A stretch of 64,000 nt of DNA from Gammaproteobacteria bacterium (GTDB lineage Bacteria > Pseudomonadota > Gammaproteobacteria > JAJDYQ01), in assembly GCA_028289815.1 (NCBI GenBank), contig JAPYNQ010000063.1, positions 15,017-79,016 on the forward strand, given 5' to 3'. Below the pieces are notes generated by a model. The model was not told the DNA's origin. It did not search any database and was given only the letters and a program-made list of their open reading frames with translations. Positions 1-9,401 of the stretch are shown in pieces. The first letter of the stretch is position 1, and every line of letters begins with the position of its first letter. Made by a program: the position numbers and the translations under genes.

Positions 1-506
1 TTCATCGGAAGAATTTCAATCCCGACATCAATGGTATCGGAGACATAGAAGCTCAGGTGCTTTACAAACAAGTCATGTGCGACAAATGCATATTTGCCGA
101 ATTGAACTTCAACGGCAACCCGATCCTTCACAAAATCTGTTTGGTTGTAAGATTTAATTGGCTCATATCCCGCAGCTTTTATGCCGGCCTCCTGCTTATC
201 GGGTGAATAGCCATGAATGGTGCGCAGGATTTTCTCATCAGCAGTCACCCAGAAGGTGTTACGCTGTTCTTTCCATCCGGCATTTTTAAATCCATCATCG
301 AAGGCCTGGTTCATGTCTCTCGGAGAAAATAACATGTCACCTTTTTTACTTTTCTCCTGAGATACCTTTGTCTTGCAGGCATGGGCATCTACTCCTGCGA
401 TGATGCTCCTGACCTGTTGCCACAGGTTACAGTGGTGAACTATCAGATATTCTTTTCCGTTGAGATGTGAATATAGGTTGCCCCGATCCGCATCAGTGCC
501 CTCCAT
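1..506 (-). CDS. Type II restriction endonuclease, BglII/BstYI-like, partial (N-terminal about 168 aa visible; gene continues past the window start)
   Basis: My own translation of the minus strand from the ATG at 506 gives MEGTDADRGNLYSHLNGKEYLIVHHCNLWQQ...DFVKDRVAVEVQFGKYAFVAHDLFVKHLSFY. The segment D-x9-E-V-Q-F-G-K-Y-A-F matches the BglII catalytic region (GKRDTLVEVQFSNYPF, with the E-x-Q variant of the PD-(D/E)xK motif). The ATG overlaps the 3' end of the upstream methyltransferase by 14 nt, which suggests an operon. It is absent from the ORF track because it has no stop inside the window. Confidence 0.6.
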   Translation of the reverse strand, partial: MEGTDADRGNLYSHLNGKEYLIVHHCNLWQQVRSIIAGVDAHACKTKVSQEKSKKGDMLFSPRDMNQAFDDGFKNAGWKEQRNTFWVTADEKILRTIHGYSPDKQEAGIKAAGYEPIKSYNQTDFVKDRVAVEVQFGKYAFVAHDLFVKHLSFYVSDTIDVGIEILPM

Positions 507-1353
507 TGGGTTTTGATGGATCATAGATAGGCTTACCCATAGGGCGCGTCTTAAGTGTCCCCGAATGCATCTGTGAAATACGCTCATTGGCGATTTCAAT
601 GTATTCTTCGGCTATGTCACACCCGTAGGCAGACCGTCCATGCTTGAGGGCAGCTATCGCCGTAGATCCTACTCCCAGATAGGGATCAAATACGGCATCA
701 CTTGCTTCCGTCATGGACAATACCAAGCGTTCCACCAGTTCAATAGGGAACTGGCATGGATGGATGGTTTTCTCTGGATGATTGTTTTTCACATTCGGTA
801 ACATCCATACATCGCTTGGGTTTTTGCCATTCGGATTACAGGACAGCTTCCCCACATTTGGTCCCTTGAAATATCGCTTTCCCGGGTATTTGGATGGGAT
901 GCGGATTGGATCAAGATTCCATGTGTAATGGTCGTTTTTGGTCCACCAGTTGACTGTCTCGTATCTACCCGACAATCGCTTGGTGCAATGTAAGCCATGA
1001 CCGAAATGCCAGATTATTCTATTCCGAAGTTTAAGTCCGTGGGACGCAAAAATTGGATAAAGCGGAATATCCATCGGTATGATCTCTCCGTTGCTCACGT
1101 GGTTTCCTACCTGCCAGCATATCGAACCACGCTCATCCAGCAAGCGAACGCACTCTGAAATGACATCTGCCTGTCTTTGCAGATATTCATCCATAGAAAC
1201 TCGCCTCTCATACGATTTGCCGAGATTGTAGGGAGGTGAGGTGACGATCAGTTTGAATATTCCGTCTGGTAATGCAGACATGAATTTGAGGTTATCCTCA
1301 CACTCAATGACAATCCCGGGTGTCTGGAGTTCTGGTACTGTTGCCATAAACAT
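493..1353 (-). CDS. DNA methyltransferase, beta-class N4-cytosine/N6-adenine family (SPPY motif precedes the FxGxG AdoMet motif); the M subunit of an R-M pair
   Basis: 286-aa ORF. Motif IV is TSPPYNL near the N-terminus and motif I is FDPYLGVGST near the C-terminus. This permuted order is typical of the N6_N4_Mtase family that includes M.BglII and M.BamHI. Confidence 0.8.
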   Translation of the reverse strand: MFMATVPELQTPGIVIECEDNLKFMSALPDGIFKLIVTSPPYNLGKSYERRVSMDEYLQRQADVISECVRLLDERGSICWQVGNHVSNGEIIPMDIPLYPIFASHGLKLRNRIIWHFGHGLHCTKRLSGRYETVNWWTKNDHYTWNLDPIRIPSKYPGKRYFKGPNVGKLSCNPNGKNPSDVWMLPNVKNNHPEKTIHPCQFPIELVERLVLSMTEASDAVFDPYLGVGSTAIAALKHGRSAYGCDIAEEYIEIANERISQMHSGTLKTRPMGKPIYDPSKPNGGH

Positions 1354-1372
1354 TTCGATTTGTTCTTCGTCT

Positions 1373-2026
1373 TTATGGCTGGCTTGCCTTGGATGCCAGC
1401 CACTTGATCAGCGGCTGCCATTCAGCACGGAGCAGGGCGGTTGCCGCCGGTGCCATTTCAAAAATCCCCAAGCCTTTATCAACCGCACGCACGTAGTTTA
1501 TGTTGTCCGATAGTGCTGCAATATAGGGTTCACGCAGGCGATCCAGAAATTCATCCAGCTCCCAGAAAATCCGGGTACGGTCGCGTCCACGATTGGCAAC
1601 CAAGCATATCTTGCCCTTTTTGGCCGATATCAGGCGGGTTGCCCGAATTTCCCTGATGTAATCCGCTGCCGCACGCATGTCCATAGGGGAGGGCAGGACG
1701 GGGATAATAAAGGTGCGGGCATGGCGGACCAGGTTATTTAGGTCTTTACCATGCACAGATGCCGGTGCATCCATAATCATATAGCCGGTGCCCCGACCGG
1801 GGTTGACGGTCGCGGAAGTACCGTCTATACACTGAATTCTGGGTCTGTTGATTGAGGGGCGCACTTTTAGCCATGCCAAGCTGGAACCTTGCGGATCATA
1901 ATCGACCAAGGTGACTTTATTGCCCTTGCAGGCATAGTAACTGGCCAGATTGGTCGCGATAGTACTTTTGCCTGAACCGCCCTTGGCATTGATTACCATG
2001 ATAGTACGCATAGCTAATACCCTCAC
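1373..2026 (-). CDS. ParA/MinD-family ATPase (deviant Walker A)
   Basis: MRTIMVINAKGGSGKSTIATNLASYYA...VTLVDYDPQGSS is a classic ParA deviant Walker A (KGGxGKS/T). The protein is about 210 aa, like small plasmid-type ParA. An alternative start sits at MRTIMV (2008). It lies 20 nt upstream of the methyltransferase on the same strand. Confidence 0.8.
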   Translation of the reverse strand: MRVLAMRTIMVINAKGGSGKSTIATNLASYYACKGNKVTLVDYDPQGSSLAWLKVRPSINRPRIQCIDGTSATVNPGRGTGYMIMDAPASVHGKDLNNLVRHARTFIIPVLPSPMDMRAAADYIREIRATRLISAKKGKICLVANRGRDRTRIFWELDEFLDRLREPYIAALSDNINYVRAVDKGLGIFEMAPAATALLRAEWQPLIKWLASKASQP

Positions 2027-2193
2027 TTTCGCATTATTTTAGCAAAAGACTAGCAGAGTGGATTAGCTAAAACCAGTTGAATTAAGGACATTTTTCCATG
2101 GTAATGGCAGAATTACTGTCGGTACCCGGCCTGGAAGTGACTCTATCCGGGTGATGGGCGGATATAAACTGACGATTAAACGGAGAGATATTA

Positions 2194-2417
2194 TGAGTGA
2201 CAGAGAAGCCATGCAGGCCGAACGTGACAGACTTGTTCAGGAAATGATCGAAATGCAAAAACAGTTTATTGCTCGAGAGCGTGAGAGAGGAATCTCACCC
2301 AAAGAGTATTTCACGGCCACAGATGGAATGCTGAAGGATTATCGAAGCATTTATATGGATAAGGCGATGCGAGTCTCGGAAATATCCCGTCAGCTGATTG
2401 CTGATACCAAGGCATAG
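2194..2417 (+). CDS. Small hypothetical protein of about 74 aa, predicted charged and helical
   Basis: A GGAGAG Shine-Dalgarno sits 7 nt upstream of the ATG at 2194. The track ORF starts at 2151, but that start has a weaker ribosome-binding site. It is divergent from parA. I recognise no family. Confidence 0.3.
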
Positions 2418-2486
2418 TTGCCTCTGACAGAGCTACCGGGTGCAGATTCTTTTCAATGGGAGGCTGTCTATACTCGGAGCAGGTCA

Positions 2487-3896
2487 TCACTCCATCCCAT
2501 AGTGCCGGACTTTCCTTGTCAGTGTATTACGTCCCCATCCCAGCAGATGAGCTGCCTCATGTTTTTTGCCATGACACAGCCTGAGTGCCGCGCGGATAAG
2601 AATTTGTTCGGTCTGTTCCACCACATGCCTGACAGGTTCTGTATCACCGGTTTGATACTGTTCGACGAGCCAGCGTGACAACGATTCCTGCCAGTCGTTT
2701 CCGGCAATAACCTGCTTTGGTGCCGTGTTACGCAATTCAGCGGGCAGGTCACGGACATAAACCTTGCGGCTGTGGCACATCACGGTAAGCCAGCGACAGG
2801 CGTTCTCCAGTTCGCGTACATTACCGAGCCACTTCAGTTTCATAAGATGTTGTGTTGCCTCGTCGGTCAGGAATCTGGATTCAATACCAAGCTCGTGACC
2901 TATTCGGGTCAGAAAGTTCTGCGCCAACAGCGGGATATCTTCGGATCGCTCTCGCAGGGCAGGAAGATGAATACGGATGACATTCAGGCGATGATACAGG
3001 TCTTCGCGGAACTTGCCACTTGCAACCCGTTCCAGCAGGTCCTGATGGGTCGCGGCGATAATGCGTACGTCTGCCTTTACCGGAGCATGTCCGCCAATAC
3101 GGTAAAATCCGCCGCCGGACAGTACACGAAGCAGGCGAGTTTGTAACTCGGCCGGCATATCACCGATCTCATCCATAAACAGGGTTCCGCCGTGTGCCTG
3201 CTCAAAGCGTCCCTGACGCCGGGTATCGGCACCGGTAAAAGAACCCTTCTCATGTCCGAAGATCTCCGCTTCCATCAAATCTTTCGGGATAGCGGCCATA
3301 TTCATGGCAATAAAAGGCCTTTTCTTGCGAACGCTGTGCCGGTGCAGTGCCCTAGCGACCAACTCCTTGCCGGTACCGGACTCTCCGGTGATAAGTACCG
3401 TGACATCAGAACGTACCAGTCGACCTATGGTGCGAAAAACTTCCTGCATCGCCGGTGCCTTGCCGATAATTTCAGATGTATTATCGTCGGTGATACTGTT
3501 GCCACCACTGGTATCCGCTGAGGAGTCGGAGGACTCAAAGGCCCTTTCGATAATATCAACGGCCTCATCCACATCGAACGGTTTGGGTAGGTACTCAAAT
3601 GCCCCATCCTTATATGCTGACACAGCACTGTCCAGATCCGAGAAGGCTGTCATGATAACGACGGGTATGCGAGGATGCTGAGTCTGTAGCGTGCCGAGCA
3701 GTTCAATGCCCGACATCCCGGGCATACGGATATCGGTGACCATAGCCCGGGGCCGGGAAGACTTCAGTGCCTCAATCACATATTCTGCATTTTCAAATAT
3801 CCGGGCAGGCTTGTCGGTACGGGCTAGGGCCTTCTCCAGAACCCAGCGTATGGATCGGTCGTCATCAACTACCCAGACTTCATTTACCTGTGTCAT
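2487..3896 (-). CDS. ntrC: Nitrogen regulation protein NR(I), a sigma-54-dependent response regulator
   Basis: REC domain (VWVVDDDRSIRWVLEKAL), AAA+ sigma-54 activator motifs (GESGTGKELVARALH, GAFTGA-like region), and a C-terminal Fis-type HTH. The start is chosen at MTQVNEVWVVDDD by analogy with E. coli NtrC. The track ORF extends to 3944. Confidence 0.9.
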   Translation of the reverse strand: MTQVNEVWVVDDDRSIRWVLEKALARTDKPARIFENAEYVIEALKSSRPRAMVTDIRMPGMSGIELLGTLQTQHPRIPVVIMTAFSDLDSAVSAYKDGAFEYLPKPFDVDEAVDIIERAFESSDSSADTSGGNSITDDNTSEIIGKAPAMQEVFRTIGRLVRSDVTVLITGESGTGKELVARALHRHSVRKKRPFIAMNMAAIPKDLMEAEIFGHEKGSFTGADTRRQGRFEQAHGGTLFMDEIGDMPAELQTRLLRVLSGGGFYRIGGHAPVKADVRIIAATHQDLLERVASGKFREDLYHRLNVIRIHLPALRERSEDIPLLAQNFLTRIGHELGIESRFLTDEATQHLMKLKWLGNVRELENACRWLTVMCHSRKVYVRDLPAELRNTAPKQVIAGNDWQESLSRWLVEQYQTGDTEPVRHVVEQTEQILIRAALRLCHGKKHEAAHLLGWGRNTLTRKVRHYGME

Positions 3897-4962
3897 TTTT
3901 CCGTCCTGTGGGCAAATAAACGATAAAGCAGGTTTTGCCATCACACCTTTCGTATTCGATCAGACCGTCATGTCGCTGTACCAGATTTTGCGCGATCGCC
4001 AGGCCTAACCCGGAGCCATCCTTCCTGCCGGTAACCAGAGGCAGGAACATGGTTTCAACCATATCTTCAGGGATGCCATTGCCGTTATCAATTATTTCAA
4101 CCCTGATCAGTAGGCGATGTTTTACATGCCCGATAGTGAATTGGCGCTCGGGGCGGGTCCTGAGCACTACTTGGTCCTCGCCGGTAGAAGCCTGTATGGC
4201 GTTTCTGACCAGATTCAACAGAGCCTGCTGTAGCATACCGGTATCGGCATCCAGCTCAGGCAGGCTTGGATCATAATCAGCAACAACGCGAATACTGTAT
4301 TCGTTGTCAACCTCAGCGAGCATGCGCACCTGTTCCAGTACCTGGTGAATGTTTACCTTCTCGAGCCTAGGAAGCTGTCTGGGTCCCAGCATACGGTCCA
4401 GCAGGCTTTGCAGACGGTCCACTTCGTGGATGATGACGTCGGTATAACTGGTATATTGAGAATCGGGTAACTCGCCGGCTAGCAACTGTGCGGCACCACG
4501 AATCCCCCCGAGAGGATTCTTTACTTCATGGGCGACACCTCGCAGTAATTCACGGGTGCTTTCTCCCTGGGATAGCAGATGATCTTCGCGGTAGATACGC
4601 AGACGGCGGTCAACCTGATACAGCTCAATCATCAGATACTTAGTACTCAGGTCGTCACTGATTTTCGGGGAGATAACACAGTCAATAATAATACGGTGTG
4701 GTTTCTCCATGACGATTTCCATATCCCTCCCGAAATATATCTGCTGATTGTCCCATGCCATCATCAGCTGCTTATTGATGCGGGTCATCGAGGGAAATGT
4801 CTCGAAGATATTACGATCATTTGCCATGGTGCGGCTTATGCCCAACATGGATTCAGCGGCCGTATTCATATGCCGAATATACAGCCCGGAACCAACAAGT
4901 ACTATGCCGGTGTTCATGGTGTCCAGCAGTTGCCCGGTCTGTGTATTCAGAATCCTACTCAT
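3880..4962 (-). CDS. ntrB: Nitrogen regulation sensor histidine kinase NR(II)
   Basis: N-terminal PAS domain. The H-box HEVKNPLGGIRGAAQLL is nearly identical to E. coli NtrB (HEIKNPLGGLRGAAQLL). N, G1 and G2 boxes are present. It overlaps ntrC by about 17 nt. Confidence 0.9.
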   Translation of the reverse strand: MSRILNTQTGQLLDTMNTGIVLVGSGLYIRHMNTAAESMLGISRTMANDRNIFETFPSMTRINKQLMMAWDNQQIYFGRDMEIVMEKPHRIIIDCVISPKISDDLSTKYLMIELYQVDRRLRIYREDHLLSQGESTRELLRGVAHEVKNPLGGIRGAAQLLAGELPDSQYTSYTDVIIHEVDRLQSLLDRMLGPRQLPRLEKVNIHQVLEQVRMLAEVDNEYSIRVVADYDPSLPELDADTGMLQQALLNLVRNAIQASTGEDQVVLRTRPERQFTIGHVKHRLLIRVEIIDNGNGIPEDMVETMFLPLVTGRKDGSGLGLAIAQNLVQRHDGLIEYERCDGKTCFIVYLPTGRKNDTGK

Positions 4963-5055
4963 GACCTGCCGCGGGGTGGAAGGCGAACCGGCTTATTTAG
5001 AAGTACAATCACCGGCAGGATGCACAAAGCGGTGGTATCTCAAATTAAGGGGCTG

Positions 5056-5553
5056 TTACAGATGGTGGCGCTGAACATGAAACTGTACCGGGCTGGAGCG
5101 TACCAGGATTTTGCCACTTTCATTCTCTACAGCGGCATATATGGTATGTGTTCCTCGGTAAAGGTTCAGCAGAGTGAAGCCGGCTGAGGAGCCTCTGGAA
5201 ACGCTGTTGCCGTCAAGGTACAAGACGATGGAATGTTCGCTATGCAGAGCCGGTTGCAATTCGACCTTGACGGCGACACTTTGTACATCCGGGGTAAATA
5301 TCTGATCGTTTGCGGGGGAAGTAATTGACAGAGACTCATATTTGATTTCCTGACGGGGAGCCTTCTTCGGTAATAATGGTATCGTCGGACCAGCCGGTAC
5401 AACCATAATCGGTTTCGGGGTATAGACCTCTGCGCTATTGTCGAGAGGCCTGTCCGAGAAATGCACGCGTCCCTTTTTATCGACCCATCGATAAAGCTCG
5501 GCATCAGCAACCGTACAAAACACCAGCAGCATGAGTAGTGTCGCGAGTCTCAT
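5056..5553 (-). CDS. DUF4124-family secreted protein
   Basis: Signal peptide followed by the motif ELYRWVDKKGRVHFSDRP, which is characteristic of DUF4124. Immediately upstream of ntrB. Confidence 0.65.
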   Translation of the reverse strand: MRLATLLMLLVFCTVADAELYRWVDKKGRVHFSDRPLDNSAEVYTPKPIMVVPAGPTIPLLPKKAPRQEIKYESLSITSPANDQIFTPDVQSVAVKVELQPALHSEHSIVLYLDGNSVSRGSSAGFTLLNLYRGTHTIYAAVENESGKILVRSSPVQFHVQRHHL

Positions 5554-5617
5554 GGGAGAAACATAGCTACTTTATTGGTGATGTGCAATCCTTTGCTGAT
5601 TGTACCGACATGCGTAT

Positions 5618-6421
5618 TCATCGTGCAGGTAGTCCGAGTGTCAGTGCCAGGGAGGATTGCAATCGGTCCAGCCAATTGCCACTGTATAAATATCCGTCCA
5701 TATGCATTTCACCGTCAGATGTGGTGCAGCTAAGAATGACTTTAATGCCACCATGATTGTGGGCAGCACCAAGTCTGTGGTCGGCCTGCCCGAGCAGGTT
5801 CTCTATGACATGTAACCGGTTTTTGTTAATACCGGTCTCTGCAAGTACACGATCCTCGTCGTCATATGCTGTCAGTGTCAATTCATCCGTCATGTCATGC
5901 GGTTTCCATAAAATATATCTGATCGGAGGTTTTGACCAAATCTGCACCGATAGTAAAATGGCTTGTGTATCAGGTGAGTTGCTGGTGATCGGAGTAATAT
6001 CCAGCTGCCGGCTAACTGTACGGCCCTCAAAATCGCGATCCCTCAGCCATTGCCTAGCCTGCAGGGCATAGAACTGTTCCTTGAATGCATACCAGTCATC
6101 CTCAAACTCAGGATGCTCCGCGAGTACCTGCTTGAAGTGCCAGTCTGCCTGCTTATGTCGTAACGCCGCCTGTAATTTATGACAGCAAACCCGTTCATCG
6201 ATAGTGGCGATAAAGCCTTCCATCAGTGTCGGCAATACATTGGAGGATATCGGTTTTATATTAATATATTGCGATATCGGTGTCTCGGCACCGTTATGAA
6301 TTTCCTCAATCGGTCCCGGTGCAACCTCGCCACTAGTCGTATCCAGCCACCAACTCACACCGTCATCTGCCTGTAATGCCATAATCAGCATATCGAGATC
6401 AACGAGTGATGGTTTGCTCAT
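5618..6421 (-). CDS. Hypothetical protein of 267 aa
   Basis: Long ORF with coding-like composition, 11 nt downstream of xthA on the same strand. I recognise no motif. Confidence 0.5.
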   Translation of the reverse strand: MSKPSLVDLDMLIMALQADDGVSWWLDTTSGEVAPGPIEEIHNGAETPISQYINIKPISSNVLPTLMEGFIATIDERVCCHKLQAALRHKQADWHFKQVLAEHPEFEDDWYAFKEQFYALQARQWLRDRDFEGRTVSRQLDITPITSNSPDTQAILLSVQIWSKPPIRYILWKPHDMTDELTLTAYDDEDRVLAETGINKNRLHVIENLLGQADHRLGAAHNHGGIKVILSCTTSDGEMHMDGYLYSGNWLDRLQSSLALTLGLPAR

Positions 6422-6432
6422 GGTGATACAGG

Positions 6433-7200
6433 TTACAAATTAAATTCAGCAACTACTGGCGCGTGGTCCGATGGTCGCTCAAGCTTCCTTGGTTCCTTAT
6501 CAATATAGCTTTTAATACAGCTTTTCGTCATGGCCTCGCCGGATAATATCAGGTCAATCCGCAGTCCAAGATTTCTGCGAAATCCGGCCGCTCGATAGTC
6601 CCACCAGCTAAAAGATTTTTCCGATTGCTCAAACAATCGAAACGTATCGCTTAAACCCATATCAAAAAGACGCTGCAGTGCCTGTCGTTCCAAGGCACTG
6701 CACAAAATCCGATCCTTCCATACGGCCGGATCGTGCGTATCCTCATCGGCAGGGGCGATATTAAAGTCACCCATGACGATAAATCGGTTATCCGCCTGAA
6801 GCTGAGATTCAATGTAGTCGCTCACCTTGCCCAGCCAGTGCAGCTTCCAGTGATACTTTTCATGTCCGACTTCCCTGCCGTTGATGACGTATAAATTCAG
6901 TACACGCACGCCATCGACGGATGCTCCTAGAATTCTGCGTTCCGGTTCATCCAGATTCGGCACATCGACCACAACATCTGTGACCGGATGCCTAGTAATC
7001 AGCGCTACGCCGTTATAGGTCTTCTGGCCAGAGCAGGTGACCTCATAGCCCAGCTCACGTATTTCTTCAACCGGAAACACATCATCGCTCATCTTTGTTT
7101 CCTGCAAACCAAGCACATCCGGCTGCTGTGCCTGCAACCAATCCAGTACATGTGGCAGGCGTACCCGTAGAGAGTTGACATTCCAGCTTGCTATCTTCAT
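6433..7200 (-). CDS. xthA: Exodeoxyribonuclease III
   Basis: MKIASWNVNSLRVRLPHVLDWL...LQETK is a diagnostic N-terminus of the ExoIII/APE1 EEP family. Length 255 aa. Confidence 0.9.
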   Translation of the reverse strand: MKIASWNVNSLRVRLPHVLDWLQAQQPDVLGLQETKMSDDVFPVEEIRELGYEVTCSGQKTYNGVALITRHPVTDVVVDVPNLDEPERRILGASVDGVRVLNLYVINGREVGHEKYHWKLHWLGKVSDYIESQLQADNRFIVMGDFNIAPADEDTHDPAVWKDRILCSALERQALQRLFDMGLSDTFRLFEQSEKSFSWWDYRAAGFRRNLGLRIDLILSGEAMTKSCIKSYIDKEPRKLERPSDHAPVVAEFNL

Positions 7201-7662
7201 AAGTTTCTCTGGTTATACAACGATAACGAGGCAACTATTTCCTTGGATTGTGACGGGACCGGGTCTGTCGGTCTGGTCGGTATAGCCCCTCAAGACCGCC
7301 GTCAACCATAACCAGCCGGAGATTTTGTGTAAAGCGTCTGTATGAGCGTATTACAAACTGCATTTTGTTTATGGTTGATAATGTACTGTACGGGGGATTG
7401 TAATCCTAGTTCTTTAGTATGGCGTAAAGATTGATGCTGTAGAAGCCTTTACCCTATAGCCTGTATACCGATATTGTACTCGCTTCCATCCTCTTTGCAG
7501 CGCGATAGATTTATGAGCTCATGCAAGGGATAGATTTGCGCAGGGTTTTTGCAGTAAGATATGCTAGTTAAAGGGTTTCTGGACGGTTCAGATTCTCCCC
7601 TGAATAATTCCACTTCACCAAATCTGGTCAGCGATCACATGTAACACCATCAGGAGACAAAA

Positions 7663-8676
7663 ATGGATGAACAGAAGCAAAGGGCATTAGCGTCAGCGCT
7701 CTCCCAAATCGAAAGGCAGTTCGGACAGGGTTCAGTCATGCGCATGGGGGATACCACAGCCACGGATATTGATGTTATTTCAACTGGCTCTCTGGCTCTT
7801 GATGTTGCCTTGGGGATTGGTGGTTTACCGAAGGGACGTGTCATTGAGATATACGGTCCGGAATCTTCGGGTAAAACGACCCTCAGCCTGCAAGTGGCCG
7901 CAGAAACGCAGAAGCAGGGTGGCACCGTGGCATTTGTTGATGCTGAACACGCGCTTGACCCAGCATATGCCGAAAGGCTCGGTGTCGCTATTGATGATCT
8001 GCTGGTATCGCAGCCGGATACCGGTGAGCAGGCCCTGGAAATCACGGATATGTTGGTGCGTTCCGGTGCGGTGGAGCTGGTTGTGGTTGACTCCGTGGCA
8101 GCTCTGACACCCAGAGCTGAAATTGAAGGAGAAATGGGAGATTCTCATATGGGACTGCAGGCACGCTTGATGTCTCAGGCACTACGCAAGCTGACCGGTA
8201 ATATTAAGCGTTCAAATACAATGGTGATCTTTATCAACCAGATACGCATGAAAATAGGTGTCATGTTTGGTAACCCGGAAACAACTACCGGTGGTAATGC
8301 CCTGAAGTTCTATGCTTCTGTTCGCCTAGATATCCGTCGTACCGGTGCGATCAAAAAAGGCGAAGAGATAATTGGTAATGATACCAAGGTCAAAGTGGTA
8401 AAAAACAAGCTGGCACCTCCATTTAAGGTCGCGACATTTGAGATTCTGTACGGTGAAGGCATTTCTTATCTTGGTGAAATTATTGATTTGGGTGTGCAAC
8501 ATGGCTTCATTAAGAAATCAGGTGCCTGGTACAGCTACAAAGAGGAACGTATTGGCCAAGGCAAGGAGAATGCGCGGCAATACCTGAAAGAACACCCCGA
8601 GGCTGTGCGGGAAATTGATAATGCTCTGCGAGAAAAGTTATTGGGTATAACGCCTTCCTCTGAGGAAAAGCCGTAA
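7663..8676 (+). CDS. recA: Recombinase A
   Basis: Canonical RecA sequence: [26 protein letters not shown] (Walker A) and L2 loop region. Length 337 aa. Confidence 0.97.
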   Translation: MDEQKQRALASALSQIERQFGQGSVMRMGDTTATDIDVISTGSLALDVALGIGGLPKGRVIEIYGPESSGKTTLSLQVAAETQKQGGTVAFVDAEHALDPAYAERLGVAIDDLLVSQPDTGEQALEITDMLVRSGAVELVVVDSVAALTPRAEIEGEMGDSHMGLQARLMSQALRKLTGNIKRSNTMVIFINQIRMKIGVMFGNPETTTGGNALKFYASVRLDIRRTGAIKKGEEIIGNDTKVKVVKNKLAPPFKVATFEILYGEGISYLGEIIDLGVQHGFIKKSGAWYSYKEERIGQGKENARQYLKEHPEAVREIDNALREKLLGITPSSEEKP

Positions 8677-8922
8677 GGCACAGTGAAATAGAATTAATGG
8701 TAACCAGCCTGCTGCGGATCGCTATAGTGGTCGCTCAGGTTCCTTTTTTCCTGACGTGCCTGTTTCCAGTGTTCTGATACACTCTTACCGTAGATACAAA
8801 AAATGTCTCAGAAGCATTTCCCCGCGCGTGAGAATAGAGTATCTTAGTGGCAAGGAGTGGAGCACCTGAACGGTTGGTGTCCTAGGAACCTTGTTTTTGT
8901 CAGGCTAAAAGAGGAAATAGAG

Positions 8923-9357
8923 ATGAGAGCAATCCGGTTATTACTCGGCCTTGTGCTTGTGATGGTGTGTTCATCGGGTTTTGCGGATACCATATACCGG
9001 TGGACAGACGATGGAGGTAAGGTTCATTACTCACAAAGCAAGCCCCTTGACTACGAATATACCGTTATAGAATCGGTACCACCGCCGCCGGCGAACTCTC
9101 CGGATATTAATAAGCCATTCGCTGAACAGATTAACGCAAGAAGCAGGAGTGGAGTCGAGGCGTCCACCAGTGAAGCCAAGGTGCCTGAAAAAAGTGATGT
9201 TCAGTGCGAGACTGCCAGAAGTAACCTGTCAAAGCTGCAGTCTTCTGTTCGTGTAGGTTATACCAGTGAAGCTGGTGAGACCGTTTATCTGGATGACGAA
9301 GCCAGAAATGCAAAAATAGAGGAAACTCGGAAATACATTGAGTATTTCTGCAATTAG
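8923..9357 (+). CDS. DUF4124-family secreted protein, paralog of 5056..5553
   Basis: MRAIRLLLGLVLVMVC signal peptide followed by TIYRWTDDGGKVHYSQSKP. An AGGAAA Shine-Dalgarno precedes the ATG at 8923. The track ORF starts upstream at 8857. Confidence 0.65.
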   Translation: MRAIRLLLGLVLVMVCSSGFADTIYRWTDDGGKVHYSQSKPLDYEYTVIESVPPPPANSPDINKPFAEQINARSRSGVEASTSEAKVPEKSDVQCETARSNLSKLQSSVRVGYTSEAGETVYLDDEARNAKIEETRKYIEYFCN

Positions 9358-9401
9358 GCAAGCCAAGCTCCAAGGAAGCCTTGGGTAAATCAGAGCATTA
9401 T

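Noticed and set aside
7337-7357. A canonical LexA SOS box for recA
   Set aside because: The left half matches E. coli (CTGTATGAGC), but the spacer is 11 nt and the right half is ACAA instead of ACAG. I reported it as a degenerate or variant site, not as a regulatory feature.
7650-8148. Minus-strand ORFs of 131 and 107 aa overlapping recA
   Set aside because: They lie entirely inside the unambiguous recA coding frame on the opposite strand. They have no ribosome-binding site and non-coding-like composition. They are antisense shadow ORFs.
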